Virus record (IMG/VR): IMGVR_UViG_3300049141_000098
Span: 96,001-160,000 of that record
DNA from: a virus
Taxonomy: Duplodnaviria; Caudoviricetes
Reading direction: 5' to 3' (one strand)
Length of the DNA stretch: 64,000 bases
Below are positions 1 through 9,747 of the stretch, one piece after another. Position 1 is the first letter of the stretch, and every line of letters begins with the position of its first letter. The position numbers and the translations under genes were made by a program. Under the pieces are notes generated by a model, which was not told the origin of the DNA, did not search any database, and was given only the letters and a program-made list of their open reading frames with translations.

Positions 1-728
1 CCGCCGGAGACGATGCCGGTATCCAGCCCGCCACTCAGGCCTGGATCCCCCTTGGGTCCTTCTGGGCCGACCAGGGACTGAAGCCACTCTTCCTGTGTCC
101 CCTGGAAGCCGTTGTCCACGGCAACCTGGTACGCCGAGTCACCCTCAGGGCCAGGACCACCCGGCGCCCCAGGAGTTCCGGGTTCACCGGGTGCACCGGG
201 AGTTCCGGGCGGTCCGACCAGGGAAGCGAGCCACTCTTCCTCGCTTCCCTCAAATCCGTTCTCGACAGCGACTTCGTACGCCGAGTCACCCGCCGGGCCC
301 TGCTCCCCCTGGCCTGGCGGCCCAGGGGGGCCAGGCTGCCCCCTGGGACCGGGCACCGGTACATACTCAATGCCACAGAGATCTACGGACAGGTAGTCGG
401 TAATGTCGAGCGGGCTGTCCCCTGTGGGTACGACCAGATACTGCGTACCCCAGGATCCTCCAACGTACTGTCGCAGGCGCCACAGTCGACCTTCGTCCGG
501 AAGGACGCCGACAACATCAGTGCATACGACATCCTCAGCGAATGAGCCGTTTGCATCGAGGTTGACTCGGCCGCCGCCGATCAGGATCTGATTTCCCGTC
601 TGGTCGGTCCAGCGATCCGGAACCGGCTCGAAGATGACGTAATGCTCGCCATGCGTTCCGTCATACGGCTCTCCGGTCACGGGATTGACATACTTCCCTA
701 CGACGGTTCGCTCTGTAGGCAGCGGCAT
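1..728 (-). CDS. Collagen-like (Gly-X-Y) protein, phage tail fibre/spike type; partial, runs off the left edge
   Basis: Translated by hand from ATG at 726-728 (SD GAGGAGG at 734-740): MPLPTERTVVGKYVNPVTGEPY...GPRGQPGPPGPPGQGEQGPAGDSAYEVAVENGFEGSEEEWLASLVGPPGTPGAPGEPG...DSAYQVAVDNGFQGTQEEWLQSLVGPEGPKGDPG; no stop before position 1. Confidence 0.85.
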   Translation of the reverse strand, partial: MPLPTERTVVGKYVNPVTGEPYDGTHGEHYVIFEPVPDRWTDQTGNQILIGGGRVNLDANGSFAEDVVCTDVVGVLPDEGRLWRLRQYVGGSWGTQYLVVPTGDSPLDITDYLSVDLCGIEYVPVPGPRGQPGPPGPPGQGEQGPAGDSAYEVAVENGFEGSEEEWLASLVGPPGTPGAPGEPGTPGAPGGPGPEGDSAYQVAVDNGFQGTQEEWLQSLVGPEGPKGDPGLSGGLDTGIVSG

Positions 729-990
729 CCAAGCCTCCTCTCCCAATGGGAGCAGCGTAGATGCTGATGAGGCCCTTATGGATCACAACAAAGGGCGGCG
801 GTCGCCCCCTCGGAAAGAACGACCGCCTGTACTGCCCACGTTCAGCATAATGAGGAAATCGAAAACCCTCTGACGCAGACTCCATGGGCGCTGAATGGAG
901 TTCTGCCTGCGGCAGAGGGTTCCTTCACCTTCACGACGACAGGAAGGTGCGGCAATCATAGCGGCCATGCCGCTACTTGACGGTGAACTC

Positions 991-2085
991 CTACAGCATG
1001 ACGAGGAGCTTCGTGCCGGGGATCAGCTTGCGGTTGACACTGGTCGATTGCACGAAGATCGTGTACTTGTCGTTGTGGCCCGGCTTGACCGTGACCTCCG
1101 TGTCCGGCAGGCCAAGGAGCTGACGCGCCGCCGGGCCCGTGAAGACCTTGCCGGTCTTGCGGCCGGTGACTGGGTCCTTCTCCGCGATGGCGAGCTGCTT
1201 GTTGCCCTGGACCCTCTCCCTCTTGGACAGCTCGTAGAAGGCGCAGCCCGTCTTGTACGGATGACCAGAGGCGTTGACGAAGTCGCGGATCTGCATCTGC
1301 TGGTCGACGGGGATGAGGATGTACTTGCCGGTGTCCAGAGCGTCGAGGTTGGCCTTCACGTCGGTGGTGCTCAGATCCTGGCCCATCGCAAAGAGACTCC
1401 GGGTGCCGCGCACGCCCTGCTCACGACCCCGCAGGAAGCTCGTAGCTGCCGTCTTGACGGTGCCGATGGCCTCCTCGACGCCCTGATCGGAGTCGGCGTC
1501 CCAGATGGCGATGTTGCCCGCTGGAAAGCCATACTCCTGCGCGGTGCGCTTGGCCAGGGAGTTCGGGACCATGATGGCTGATGTCCAGTTGTCGGGCAGT
1601 TCGTTCATGGCGACCTGAATCCGGTCAAGCCACTTACGCAGAACGGCCCGACCTCGACCGCCGTACATCCTGGTGTGCATCTCGCCAGTCTCCGAGCGGC
1701 CGGAGGCGTTCTCCTCGCCGTCGGTGACGACGACCTGGAGGAAGGAGTGCTCGCCGTACTTCTGCGAGATTTCGCTAGCCAGGTCATCGAGGGACCTGAC
1801 GGCCGCTTCAATGAGGGCCGTGGCGCCCCTGTTGACCCTGTACAGGCCACGCATGGACGGCAGGTGCTTCACGTCCATGTCCCAGACCAGGTTCTCCACC
1901 TCATGGTCGAAGGCGTACAGCGAGATGCGAGTCTCGTGGCCGAGCCGGTCGGACTCTTCCTGAAGTCCCTTCACGAACTCATCCACGACCGTGATGAGCT
2001 GGTCCTCGTGCTTGTGCATCGAGGCTGATTTGTCCACTACGAGCGAGACGTGATTGACCTTGTGCTTGATGCGGTTACCGGTCAT
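991..2085 (-). CDS. von Willebrand factor A (vWA) domain protein
   Basis: MIDAS-like VVDKSASM, GATAL and VVVTDGEEN motifs; ATG at 2083-2085. Confidence 0.8.
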   Translation of the reverse strand: MTGNRIKHKVNHVSLVVDKSASMHKHEDQLITVVDEFVKGLQEESDRLGHETRISLYAFDHEVENLVWDMDVKHLPSMRGLYRVNRGATALIEAAVRSLDDLASEISQKYGEHSFLQVVVTDGEENASGRSETGEMHTRMYGGRGRAVLRKWLDRIQVAMNELPDNWTSAIMVPNSLAKRTAQEYGFPAGNIAIWDADSDQGVEEAIGTVKTAATSFLRGREQGVRGTRSLFAMGQDLSTTDVKANLDALDTGKYILIPVDQQMQIRDFVNASGHPYKTGCAFYELSKRERVQGNKQLAIAEKDPVTGRKTGKVFTGPAARQLLGLPDTEVTVKPGHNDKYTIFVQSTSVNRKLIPGTKLLVML

Positions 2086-2227
2086 GCCACAACCCCTTTT
2101 CCGGTGCTCCTCCAGCGATGTTTCCACTGTATCGGGGACCACTGACAATCGCCCTGACCTGCGCATTTGCACATGGCGGAGCCCTGCCGTCGGCGTGGAC
2201 GACAGGGCTCTGGAACCGCTCAGGACT

Positions 2228-2638
2228 TCAGGGGAAAACCACTTTCTGAGGATCCTCTCCGGGTGAGCACGCCACTGCCCGCTGCGTGTTGGCGATCTCC
2301 AGGTCGCCGCGCGCACTGATCACCAAGGGGTCTCCGCACCCGAACCCGTTGACCACCCAGCCGACGATGGGGTGCACGCCCGTTCGCCCCACCTCGCGAG
2401 TCACGAGGTGCCAGCCTTCGGGGGCGGGAAGGACGGTCAGGACCTTCGAGTGCTTCACCTCGTCATCGTCGAGGTGAGAGAAGCCAGGCAGTTCGGCGGC
2501 CTTCTTCAGCCGCCCCTCAGACCAGTCGACGGTCAAAGCGAACCCTTCGTCGTCCCATCCCAGCACCGGCCGGGACTCCTGACGACCGCCCTCCACGTTG
2601 TAGACCGCGCACAGTTCGGGCCCACTGTTGCCGTACAT
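2228..2638 (-). CDS. hypothetical protein
   Basis: ORF with GC3 bias in a co-directional run; start MYGNSG chosen. Confidence 0.6.
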   Translation of the reverse strand: MYGNSGPELCAVYNVEGGRQESRPVLGWDDEGFALTVDWSEGRLKKAAELPGFSHLDDDEVKHSKVLTVLPAPEGWHLVTREVGRTGVHPIVGWVVNGFGCGDPLVISARGDLEIANTQRAVACSPGEDPQKVVFP

Positions 2639-2655
2639 GTTCCACCCCCATTTCT

Positions 2656-3366
2656 TCACGAGTGATACGTGTACAACACCGGCCTGAGCTGTCGCCAGAC
2701 GTCTGGTGAGGTGAACAGCTCGCCCCACTCACAGACCCAGCGGATCACATCGGGAACCAGCGGCACAATGAGCTGCTCGGCCTCGGCGTGATCCGCGAGG
2801 CCGAACCCCAGCCCCTGAGCCACCTTGTCGAGCACCGCAGCCCGGTCCGCCTCCGTCACGCCGTCCTTCAGCGGTTCATTGACGAGCCTGCGCCAGACGC
2901 GCACGACGTCGGCCTGCTTGCCCGTAATCTGCTCGCCTGTCCAGGCATCCATCCAGAGGCCTTCATAGGGGTGGATGCCGCCGATGGTGGACTCCACGCG
3001 ATAGTCGGTGAACTTCCCCCGGATCGCCTCCTCCTGATAGTCGATCGGGTCGTCGTAGCGATGCCACCGGGGCTCACTGGCCGGGCGCACCACCAGGACA
3101 TTGGGCAACCCGAACTCACCCTCCCAGGTCACCGCCTTGTGAGCCTCGCTGGATTCGTTACTCTTCAGCGCCTGCCGTTCCACGGCGGCATCCAGATTGC
3201 CCGGGTACCGCTCGGCCAGCCACTGATCAAAGCTCAGCTCGACCTCTTCGAGGGACCGGTCGAGCAGGAAGCTCTCAGTATTGATACGCGAGTCGGTGAT
3301 TCGGTGGCCCTCGTGGGCCACGTCCGTCAGCCCGTAGCCCATCACCTTGTGAATGCGGGTACTCAT
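2656..3366 (-). CDS. hypothetical protein
   Basis: 236-aa ORF with SD GGAAAGGAGA. Confidence 0.75.
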   Translation of the reverse strand: MSTRIHKVMGYGLTDVAHEGHRITDSRINTESFLLDRSLEEVELSFDQWLAERYPGNLDAAVERQALKSNESSEAHKAVTWEGEFGLPNVLVVRPASEPRWHRYDDPIDYQEEAIRGKFTDYRVESTIGGIHPYEGLWMDAWTGEQITGKQADVVRVWRRLVNEPLKDGVTEADRAAVLDKVAQGLGFGLADHAEAEQLIVPLVPDVIRWVCEWGELFTSPDVWRQLRPVLYTYHS

Positions 3367-3429
3367 CGTCTCTTCTCCTTTCCGAAATCCGCGAGCCGCT
3401 CGACATAGCGGCCGGGCGGCCCTCTCTAC

Positions 3430-3873
3430 TCACCGTGTCGCCATATAGGCGGCGACACCCTCCATGAGGTGATGCGCCGACTGGTCCATCAGGTACGCCC
3501 CGCCGAGAGGGCCGCCCATTTCGTAGAACGGCATCTTTTTCGTGGCGTTGGCCGCTTTCTGAACGGGCCAGCGCCGGTCGATCACGTAGTGAGTCGCCCC
3601 CGACAGGGCGAGCGCACAGGCCATGCTGCGACCCCGCAGGCCAAGCCCGAGAGCCCGGTTGCCCGCGAGAAGCACGAGGGCTTGCGTGACGGTGTACGAG
3701 GCGACATGGCCCGCGAGAGCCCGGTGGCCTTCGAGACCGGGCTTCGCCTTGTGCTGGGCCTGATGATCGGTCTGGATCCAGTGGTCGGCGACGTCGGCCG
3801 CGATCCGGAACAAAGCATAGGCGGCAGAGAACCGGGCGGCACGTGACGAAATCATGGGATCCCTTTCGGTCAA
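3430..3873 (-). CDS. DUF3307-like membrane protein
   Basis: ADHWIQT...LAGHV...THYVID...DQSAH histidine/aspartate pattern with hydrophobic segments. Confidence 0.65.
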   Translation of the reverse strand: MTERDPMISSRAARFSAAYALFRIAADVADHWIQTDHQAQHKAKPGLEGHRALAGHVASYTVTQALVLLAGNRALGLGLRGRSMACALALSGATHYVIDRRWPVQKAANATKKMPFYEMGGPLGGAYLMDQSAHHLMEGVAAYMATR

Positions 3874-3877
3874 GCCG

Positions 3878-4141
3878 TCAGATCAGGGTGATGCCACTTG
3901 AATCGAAGCGAGAGAGGTACCCCGCCTTCTCCAGTACGTCCAGATCAGCCGTCTGTACCACTCCACCGCTGTATCCGCTTGCTCCGTAGGCGTACGACGT
4001 GAGGGCGATGAGCAACGCCAGAGGACGCCCCTCAATCCCGTCGCGCACGGCCGCCCTGTACAGACGACTGATCCCCTTCAGGGGGTCCTTCTCGTCCAGG
4101 AGGTGAACCTGGTCGACAATCTCATGCCCTTGAGTGCTCAC
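3878..4141 (-). CDS. small hypothetical protein (winged-helix-like)
   Basis: ORF; resembles the neighbouring 4252-4524 product. Confidence 0.6.
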   Translation of the reverse strand: MSTQGHEIVDQVHLLDEKDPLKGISRLYRAAVRDGIEGRPLALLIALTSYAYGASGYSGGVVQTADLDVLEKAGYLSRFDSSGITLI

Positions 4142-4251
4142 GCTTCCGTCTCCCCTCCGAAGACCGCGATCTTTTCGCGGCTGTTGATTGAGCCTCGCAC
4201 CGATGGGCGAGGCTCAGCGTCCAGGACTGGACGGTACGGCGGTGCCGTGGG

Positions 4252-4524
4252 TCACAGGATGAAAACCTCGTGCGGCTTGGGCCGCTGAACCATGCCGCAG
4301 GCGACCAGGTAGTCCAAGTCTTCCTCCGACACGTAGTTGAGGAGGCCCGCAGGGCCCCGACCCTGCGCCACGTGCATCATGACGGCCAGCGCACGGACCG
4401 CGTTGGCGCTGACTCCCTTGTGGATCGCCGCCTCGATGATGCGATCCAGCGGCGTCTTCTTCGGGACACTGTCGTCCAGGATGAGAACGCGTGTGACTCC
4501 GGCCCGCGCAGGAACCTCGCTCAT
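4252..4524 (-). CDS. small hypothetical protein (winged-helix-like), paralogue of 3878-4141
   Basis: ILDDS..LDRIIEAAIHKG...ALAVMM...DLDYLVACG vs LLDEK..ISRLYRAAVRDG...LALLIA...DLDVLEKAG. Confidence 0.6.
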   Translation of the reverse strand: MSEVPARAGVTRVLILDDSVPKKTPLDRIIEAAIHKGVSANAVRALAVMMHVAQGRGPAGLLNYVSEEDLDYLVACGMVQRPKPHEVFIL

Positions 4525-4631
4525 GATCTTCCCCTCTCCGAACTGCGATCTTTTCGCAGAAACTGGATCAAGCCTCGCAGGAATCCGCGATGCACGATGC
4601 ACAGCAGTGGGCATCGAGAGGGTGGGGTCCG

Positions 4632-5141
4632 TCACCCCCTGCGGGCGGGCAGCTTCAGGACCGGCATTGAAGGCACTTCCGTCAGGTCCACGGCTTGGCC
4701 CACATCACCCTCGTGGGACATCAGGGGGTTCATGGACCAGACCAGTTCGTAGTCGGCTTCCGTGAGGAGCCCGACCCACACGTGCCCGGCATCCTGGGCC
4801 GTGGCCGTCCAGGACGGCACCGTACTTCCCCAGGACGCTGTGAATTCGAGCCCCAGCATCCCGCGAGGTCCGGTTTTCGAGCCGGGGGCTACTCCCCTCA
4901 GGATTACCGTGACGCCGCCGTCGAGGATCTCGCACTCCCCCGCCGCACGTCCGATGTCGGGTTCACCGTGGGTGAGATTCGCTGGTGATGCACCATGCAG
5001 CCGGAACGCGAGATCCAAGGCCTCCATGGTGTCGGTGTCGCCCGCTCGCATGAACAGCAGGGCCGCCTTGCTGCCGTCGGGGTACGTGAACACCCCGTTG
5101 CTCACCCTGACGTTGCTGCTTTGCTGCACCTGAATCTCCAC
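4632..5141 (-). CDS. hypothetical protein
   Basis: GTG start after SD GGAAAGGAGAAGG. Confidence 0.65.
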   Translation of the reverse strand: MEIQVQQSSNVRVSNGVFTYPDGSKAALLFMRAGDTDTMEALDLAFRLHGASPANLTHGEPDIGRAAGECEILDGGVTVILRGVAPGSKTGPRGMLGLEFTASWGSTVPSWTATAQDAGHVWVGLLTEADYELVWSMNPLMSHEGDVGQAVDLTEVPSMPVLKLPARRG

Positions 5142-5308
5142 TTCCTTCTCCTTTCCGTGAATCCTCTGACGTGATCCGACGCAACCCTGAGGGGAACCGG
5201 CTTCACTCTGGATGGCTCGACGGTATCGCGAAGCGCTTCCCGGAACCGAGAGAAGTACGGAGCGGGCGGATGCATTGCAGGAGGCACAGACCCCGTGCAA
5301 TGCATCTT

Positions 5309-5899
5309 TCAGGAACCCGTCACCAGCTCAGGACTGAACGCATCCAGCTTGCCGTCGGTGGCGCGGTGACGCCTCGCGGCAGCCGCCAGTTCCCAGCCTC
5401 GATCCGTCAGGCCGAAGCGGGCCCACGGCATCAGTCGACCTTCGACGTGGCCGGTCAGCAGATCCGCCGGGCTGGGGTCGTACAGGGCATGGCCGTCAGG
5501 ACGCAGGTAAGACTGACCGGTCGGACTGATCGGCGGCATCTCGACGGTCACGAGCCCCGCATCCACCAGGTCCATCAGAGCGTCACCCATGCAGCACCCG
5601 AAGAGTGTGATTGAGCCTCCGTCCGGTGCCTTGAGGCGCAGCCCGTACTGATCGGCGGCGTCTTCCGAGGGCACGGTTTCGTACGGATTCCGCTCAGCCC
5701 ACAGCATCGGCCAGCTCCGGCGCGACAGTGTCAACTGGCTCCAGTCGATACGGCCATGATTGTCGGTGACCCGATTCTCGACGTACACGAGGAGCGACCA
5801 GTGGTCCCTCCCCCAGCGATCCATCGATATCGGAGTGCGCCCGACCCGGTCGCGCCACTGCGGCGCACCGCTGAAGATTTTGTCCAGCACGAAGGACAT
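5309..5899 (-). CDS. hypothetical protein
   Basis: ORF with GC3 bias. Confidence 0.65.
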   Translation of the reverse strand: MSFVLDKIFSGAPQWRDRVGRTPISMDRWGRDHWSLLVYVENRVTDNHGRIDWSQLTLSRRSWPMLWAERNPYETVPSEDAADQYGLRLKAPDGGSITLFGCCMGDALMDLVDAGLVTVEMPPISPTGQSYLRPDGHALYDPSPADLLTGHVEGRLMPWARFGLTDRGWELAAAARRHRATDGKLDAFSPELVTGS

Positions 5900-5931
5900 C
5901 GCAGTTCCCCCACTCAGTTTTCGGATTCCCC

Positions 5932-6468
5932 TCAACCCGAGAGCTGATCATCTACCGCTCGCGCGACATCTATCAGATGTCCGAAGATAAAGCACGCGAA
6001 GTCGTCGCAGGTGTCTCGGTTGTGACTTCTGATCAGCTCTGGATAATCCTTGCTCATGGCGGCGATATGCGCCAGCGCACGGGACAGTGCCCGTGCGGCA
6101 TCCGGCCCGAGAACCCCCGCCAGGTCACCGGCTTCCCCGCCCATGCCGTTCAGCATGCCGTCGCGGTACGCCGTCGCAGCCGGATAGCACCGGTAGTACT
6201 CGCTCTCGCGCAGATCTCGGGACACTGCATCGGCGCGGGAGGCCAGCGCCTGAGAAGCCCGCCTTGCCGCCTCAGCGTTCTCCGCCGCGTCGTTCTCGAA
6301 GACCACCCCGTGGTGATCGGCTTCGTGGATGGAGATCTCGGTGTTCATCTCAGCCACGTCGATCGTCTGACGGCCGAAGTTCTTCACGATGCCCCGCGTT
6401 CCACCCTTGCCGCAGGTGCGGCACAGGAGGAGCTGGCCAGCCACCTCGTAGCGGCTCAGGTCAGCCAC
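5932..6468 (-). CDS. hypothetical protein
   Basis: ORF overlapping the upstream stop (translational coupling). Confidence 0.7.
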   Translation of the reverse strand: MADLSRYEVAGQLLLCRTCGKGGTRGIVKNFGRQTIDVAEMNTEISIHEADHHGVVFENDAAENAEAARRASQALASRADAVSRDLRESEYYRCYPAATAYRDGMLNGMGGEAGDLAGVLGPDAARALSRALAHIAAMSKDYPELIRSHNRDTCDDFACFIFGHLIDVARAVDDQLSG

Positions 6469-6847
6469 AGGGGGCCTCCGTAGGCATGCGAACCTGGACT
6501 TCCCAGTACGTGTAGCCGGGGTTCCAGCCGATGCTCGGGATCCCCCTCTTCCAGCATGACTCGACTGTCACGGGGACATCGTCCAGCGCGATCAGACCGT
6601 CGATGATGAAGGTGACGGCCGGATCATCCTGCGTCACGCACTCGGCCAGAAGGGGCACTTGGACTGCCGATCCGTCTGGATATGTCACGGAGTACACGAA
6701 ATGGATCTGATCTGCGTGCCAGTCAAGGGCACCTTCGCCTCGCCACCCGAACACTCCGTGCAGTTCTTCCGGAATCTGCTTCAGGATCCACTCGGGCGGC
6801 ATCGGGAACCGGCTCCGCATCGGCAGGTCAAGACTGGTCATCCGCAT
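6461..6847 (-). CDS. hypothetical protein
   Basis: ORF in coupled run. Confidence 0.6.
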   Translation of the reverse strand: MRMTSLDLPMRSRFPMPPEWILKQIPEELHGVFGWRGEGALDWHADQIHFVYSVTYPDGSAVQVPLLAECVTQDDPAVTFIIDGLIALDDVPVTVESCWKRGIPSIGWNPGYTYWEVQVRMPTEAPCG

Positions 6848-7181
6848 CCCTCTCATCGTGCGCCGAGCAGTTGTGTGCGCATCCCGCACACATGCAGCGA
6901 CAGATGTTCGGCTTCGTCTCGTAACCGGGACACCGGCCTTCGGCGATGCGGGCGGCGGCTTCGCCCCAGTAGCAAATGTCATGCCAGTCATGGGACTGAG
7001 ATGCCTCGTCCAAGATCATCTCGCGTCGGTCATTGACCTTCTCGTAGATGTCGCAACACACCAGTTCGGCTCGGATGCGGAAGGCGATCCCAGTCTGAAG
7101 CTCATCCGGGTTCTCTCCAGCCGAAGGGTGAGAGTCGTGATGAGCCAGGGTGTTCAGCCAACGATCGATAGGGCGCCTCAC
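6828..7181 (-). CDS. Cys/His-rich hypothetical protein
   Basis: C-terminal CRCMCAGCAHNCSAH; coupled start. Confidence 0.6.
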   Translation of the reverse strand: MRRPIDRWLNTLAHHDSHPSAGENPDELQTGIAFRIRAELVCCDIYEKVNDRREMILDEASQSHDWHDICYWGEAAARIAEGRCPGYETKPNICRCMCAGCAHNCSAHDERDADDQS

Positions 7182-7729
7182 TTCTCATCCTCCTGAGATG
7201 TGGTGCCGTTCTTCTTGGTCAACAACCGGATGCCATCACCCTTGTCACGCGGAATCAGATGAAGATGAAGATGCATGACCTCCTGGCCCGCTTCCGTGCC
7301 GCACGTACTGAGGACGTTCATCGCGCGCAGCGAGAATCGCATCAGCTCGGCTGCCCGGCGCGCCGTAAGGGCAAAGACCTCGGGATCCTCCCTGAAGTCC
7401 TGGACATGCACCTTCGGGACGATCAGCGCATGCCCCTCGGTCACCGGACTGAGCGGCGTGAAGGCCACGGCGTCGGGCCAGAAGTCCGGTCGGACGATCC
7501 ACTCGACCGGCGCGTCTCCGGCGATGATGTCGCAGAACACACAGGGCTTCGAAGCGAGCGGTTCCATGAACGAAATCTCGGCCTCGCACCCCTGACACAT
7601 GGCGGACCCCAAGTTGAGGAAGTCTCCCGGGTAGAACGGAATGGCTGGGCGGTTCAGCTCCCACCAGCACGTCAGGCAGAACCAGTTGTCGTCGAGAGTC
7701 CGGTAGGCGACCGGCTTCTCGGGCTTCAC
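7178..7729 (-). CDS. HIT family nucleotide hydrolase with N-terminal Zn-ribbon-like extension
   Basis: CVFCDII...GHALIVPKVH...GQEVMHLHLHLIPR (HIT signature H-x-H-x-H); N-terminal CLTC...CQGC. Confidence 0.9.
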   Translation of the reverse strand: MKPEKPVAYRTLDDNWFCLTCWWELNRPAIPFYPGDFLNLGSAMCQGCEAEISFMEPLASKPCVFCDIIAGDAPVEWIVRPDFWPDAVAFTPLSPVTEGHALIVPKVHVQDFREDPEVFALTARRAAELMRFSLRAMNVLSTCGTEAGQEVMHLHLHLIPRDKGDGIRLLTKKNGTTSQEDEK

Positions 7730-7980
7730 GTGCCGTCCACCCCGCAGCCGGGGCAAACCAGGTTCTGGCCGTCGTTGATCCAGGTCCACTGGGTCTCATC
7801 GGCCCGCAGGCAGTTCTCTGGAAGGTACGGCCACGGCTCGCCACTCGGATTCGCGATGACCTCACGGCCCGGTACTGGGAGATGCCCGTACCCGAGCATC
7901 GCACGGACCTCGGAGCTGGGGATGTCCTTGATGGCCACCCGCTGAAAGTTGTACTCGACGATCTCGTTCGGATTGATCAC
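7726..7980 (-). CDS. hypothetical protein
   Basis: ORF with C-terminal CPGC; 4-bp overlap with the HIT gene. Confidence 0.6.
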   Translation of the reverse strand: MINPNEIVEYNFQRVAIKDIPSSEVRAMLGYGHLPVPGREVIANPSGEPWPYLPENCLRADETQWTWINDGQNLVCPGCGVDGT

Positions 7981-8090
7981 GGCCCGCCGTCCCCTTGATC
8001 GGAAAAGGGTTCTCAACTGACACCCTTTTCCCTCCTTTCCGTGAACACAATTCTATCACGGGGAGGTTGAGGGTTCGGGGAGCTTTTCAG

Positions 8091-8141
8091 GGCACACACT
8101 CCCTCACCCCGATACGTGACCGGCGCGAGGGAGTGTGTGCC
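8091..8141. terminator. hairpin (15-bp perfect inverted repeat)
   Basis: GGCACACACTCCCTC ... GAGGGAGTGTGTGCC. Confidence 0.6.
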
Positions 8142-8276
8142 GAAGCGCATCCGCCCGACAGAGAAGTCGCGGCGGCACCACCGGCGTGGAACCGGCCGCA
8201 TCGAAGCCGCTGCGAGCGCCCGCTCCTCCCCGGCGACTTCAACAATAGCCTAGGCCACCCGAGTTGAAGTCCGGAA

Positions 8277-8543
8277 TCACGAACTGAACGGCCAAGAGTC
8301 CCCGGCGGTACGGCACAGGTACACGCGCGAGGCATGCACCGGAATCCCGGGAAACGACGATGCCATCGACGCCTTCCAGGCACCCATGGCGGCCTCTGCT
8401 GCCGCATCCTCCGCAGCGGCCTGCGCGGTGTTCTCGGACAACGGGAACTGCGCGTCGAGGTTGGTCTCCACCGTACCGCCGGACTCGTCGTACAGCCACA
8501 GCGAGTACTTCACCGCGTACGCACCAGAAGGAACAGACACCAC
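8277..8543 (-). CDS. hypothetical protein
   Basis: GC3-rich frame AYAVKYSLWLYDESGG... Confidence 0.5.
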   Translation of the reverse strand: MVSVPSGAYAVKYSLWLYDESGGTVETNLDAQFPLSENTAQAAAEDAAAEAAMGAWKASMASSFPGIPVHASRVYLCRTAGDSWPFSS

Positions 8544-8879
8544 TACCCCCGCAAATCGGATAGATACGCCAGCTTCTGACGCATCGCCAGCACGTCGTCG
8601 ATCACGTCTCGCCCGGCAGTGAGAGCCGCAGACCGATATCGGGGCAAGCCACCACCCTGCCGTCCGGCCGACCACCGGCCCGCAAGATGCGGCCGAAGGT
8701 TGACAAGATCATTTCAGCGTAGCGGTGTCCTCCTCCGAGCACGGCGCGCAGCGTCGGGCTCCTAAGAAGCTAAGCCATCGCGGAGCGATGGCGAAACCGC
8801 AGAGGAGGCTGACTGTTGGCACGCGCGGGAGGGCGGGGCCGCAGCCCACCGGTACCCACCGTCGGGGCGCGCCTGATGA

Positions 8880-9260
8880 CGAGACGTGTACAGGCTCGCT
8901 GCGGCGGCGCCCGTACAACAGGAGGATTCTTACCTTTCTTGCGTCGGGGGATACTTCATCCACGCAGGTCAGGGGTTTGCCGAGCGTGCACAGATGTGAA
9001 ACGGGGTTGCACCTGGAGCGTCGAAGGGTTTTACATCTGTGTACCTGGGTTGCACTTTAAAGTGAAGGGTGATTGGGCATAAAACGGGACGTGTTGCCTT
9101 CCCCAAGAACCCTGCCAAAAGGGACGTATAGCACTCGCAGGCCAGCGTTGCGGAACGTGTGAGTCCGCTTCGTTGGGGGTAATCGCAACGGACAGACCCA
9201 TGCACTTGACTGAGCGGATCGTCGCCAACCTGCACCGAAAATAGGTGCGTTGTGTTAGCG
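8880..9260. other. candidate replication origin / control region A
   Basis: AT-richer non-coding stretch upstream of initiator-like genes; inverted repeat CACAGATGTGAAAC (8989-9002) / GTTTTACATCTGTG (9028-9041); several TGCAC copies and two GGGACGT copies. Confidence 0.4.
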
Positions 9261-9285
9261 TTATTTGCACGGAAAGGAGACGCTC

Positions 9286-9675
9286 ATGGGTGGATACCTC
9301 GGAAACACCATCAGCATCGAGCGGATGGGCGAGTTCCGCGATGCCTGCGCTGCGACCTCTGTCTCAGACTGGGTGGTGATGCTCGACCTCCCGCCGCAGG
9401 CCCTCGTTCTCTACATGCGGATGTGCCATCTGGCCGGGGTTGAGGACGCACAGCGAGTTCGTGTGACGCTGACCCACGATGAGGCGAACACGCTCTCTGG
9501 GGGCGATGGAGAAGCTGCGCTGAACGACCTGCTCACCGTGGGTGCTGTCACGAAGGTGGCGACCTACAGGAGCGGCAAGGCGCGCTACGAGATCCAGGAC
9601 TTCCCGCCGCACATCAGGGCGACGCTGAGCGAATACCGCCAGGCCGGGGGGCTGCCGGTCGTCTCGCTCGGCTGA
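9286..9675 (+). CDS. winged-helix initiator-like protein
   Basis: DWVVMLDLPPQALVLYMRM...LNDLLTVGAV resembles the N-terminus of the next gene; SD GGAAAGGAGA. Confidence 0.6.
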   Translation: MGGYLGNTISIERMGEFRDACAATSVSDWVVMLDLPPQALVLYMRMCHLAGVEDAQRVRVTLTHDEANTLSGGDGEAALNDLLTVGAVTKVATYRSGKARYEIQDFPPHIRATLSEYRQAGGLPVVSLG

Positions 9676-9747
9676 ACAAAAAGCAAGGGGCCCCGCTGGC
9701 ACGGGACCCCTCAATCACAACGAACTCATTAGGGATGGTACGAAGTC

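Noticed and set aside
112-396. Plus-strand ORF with GPPGAPG repeats
   Set aside because: Antisense shadow of the real minus-strand collagen-like gene, which has a proper SD, start and phage-type repeat motif
991-2085. Ro60/TROVE partner for the YrlA-like RNAs
   Set aside because: vWA domain is N-terminal and there is no TROVE helical domain; the protein is too short
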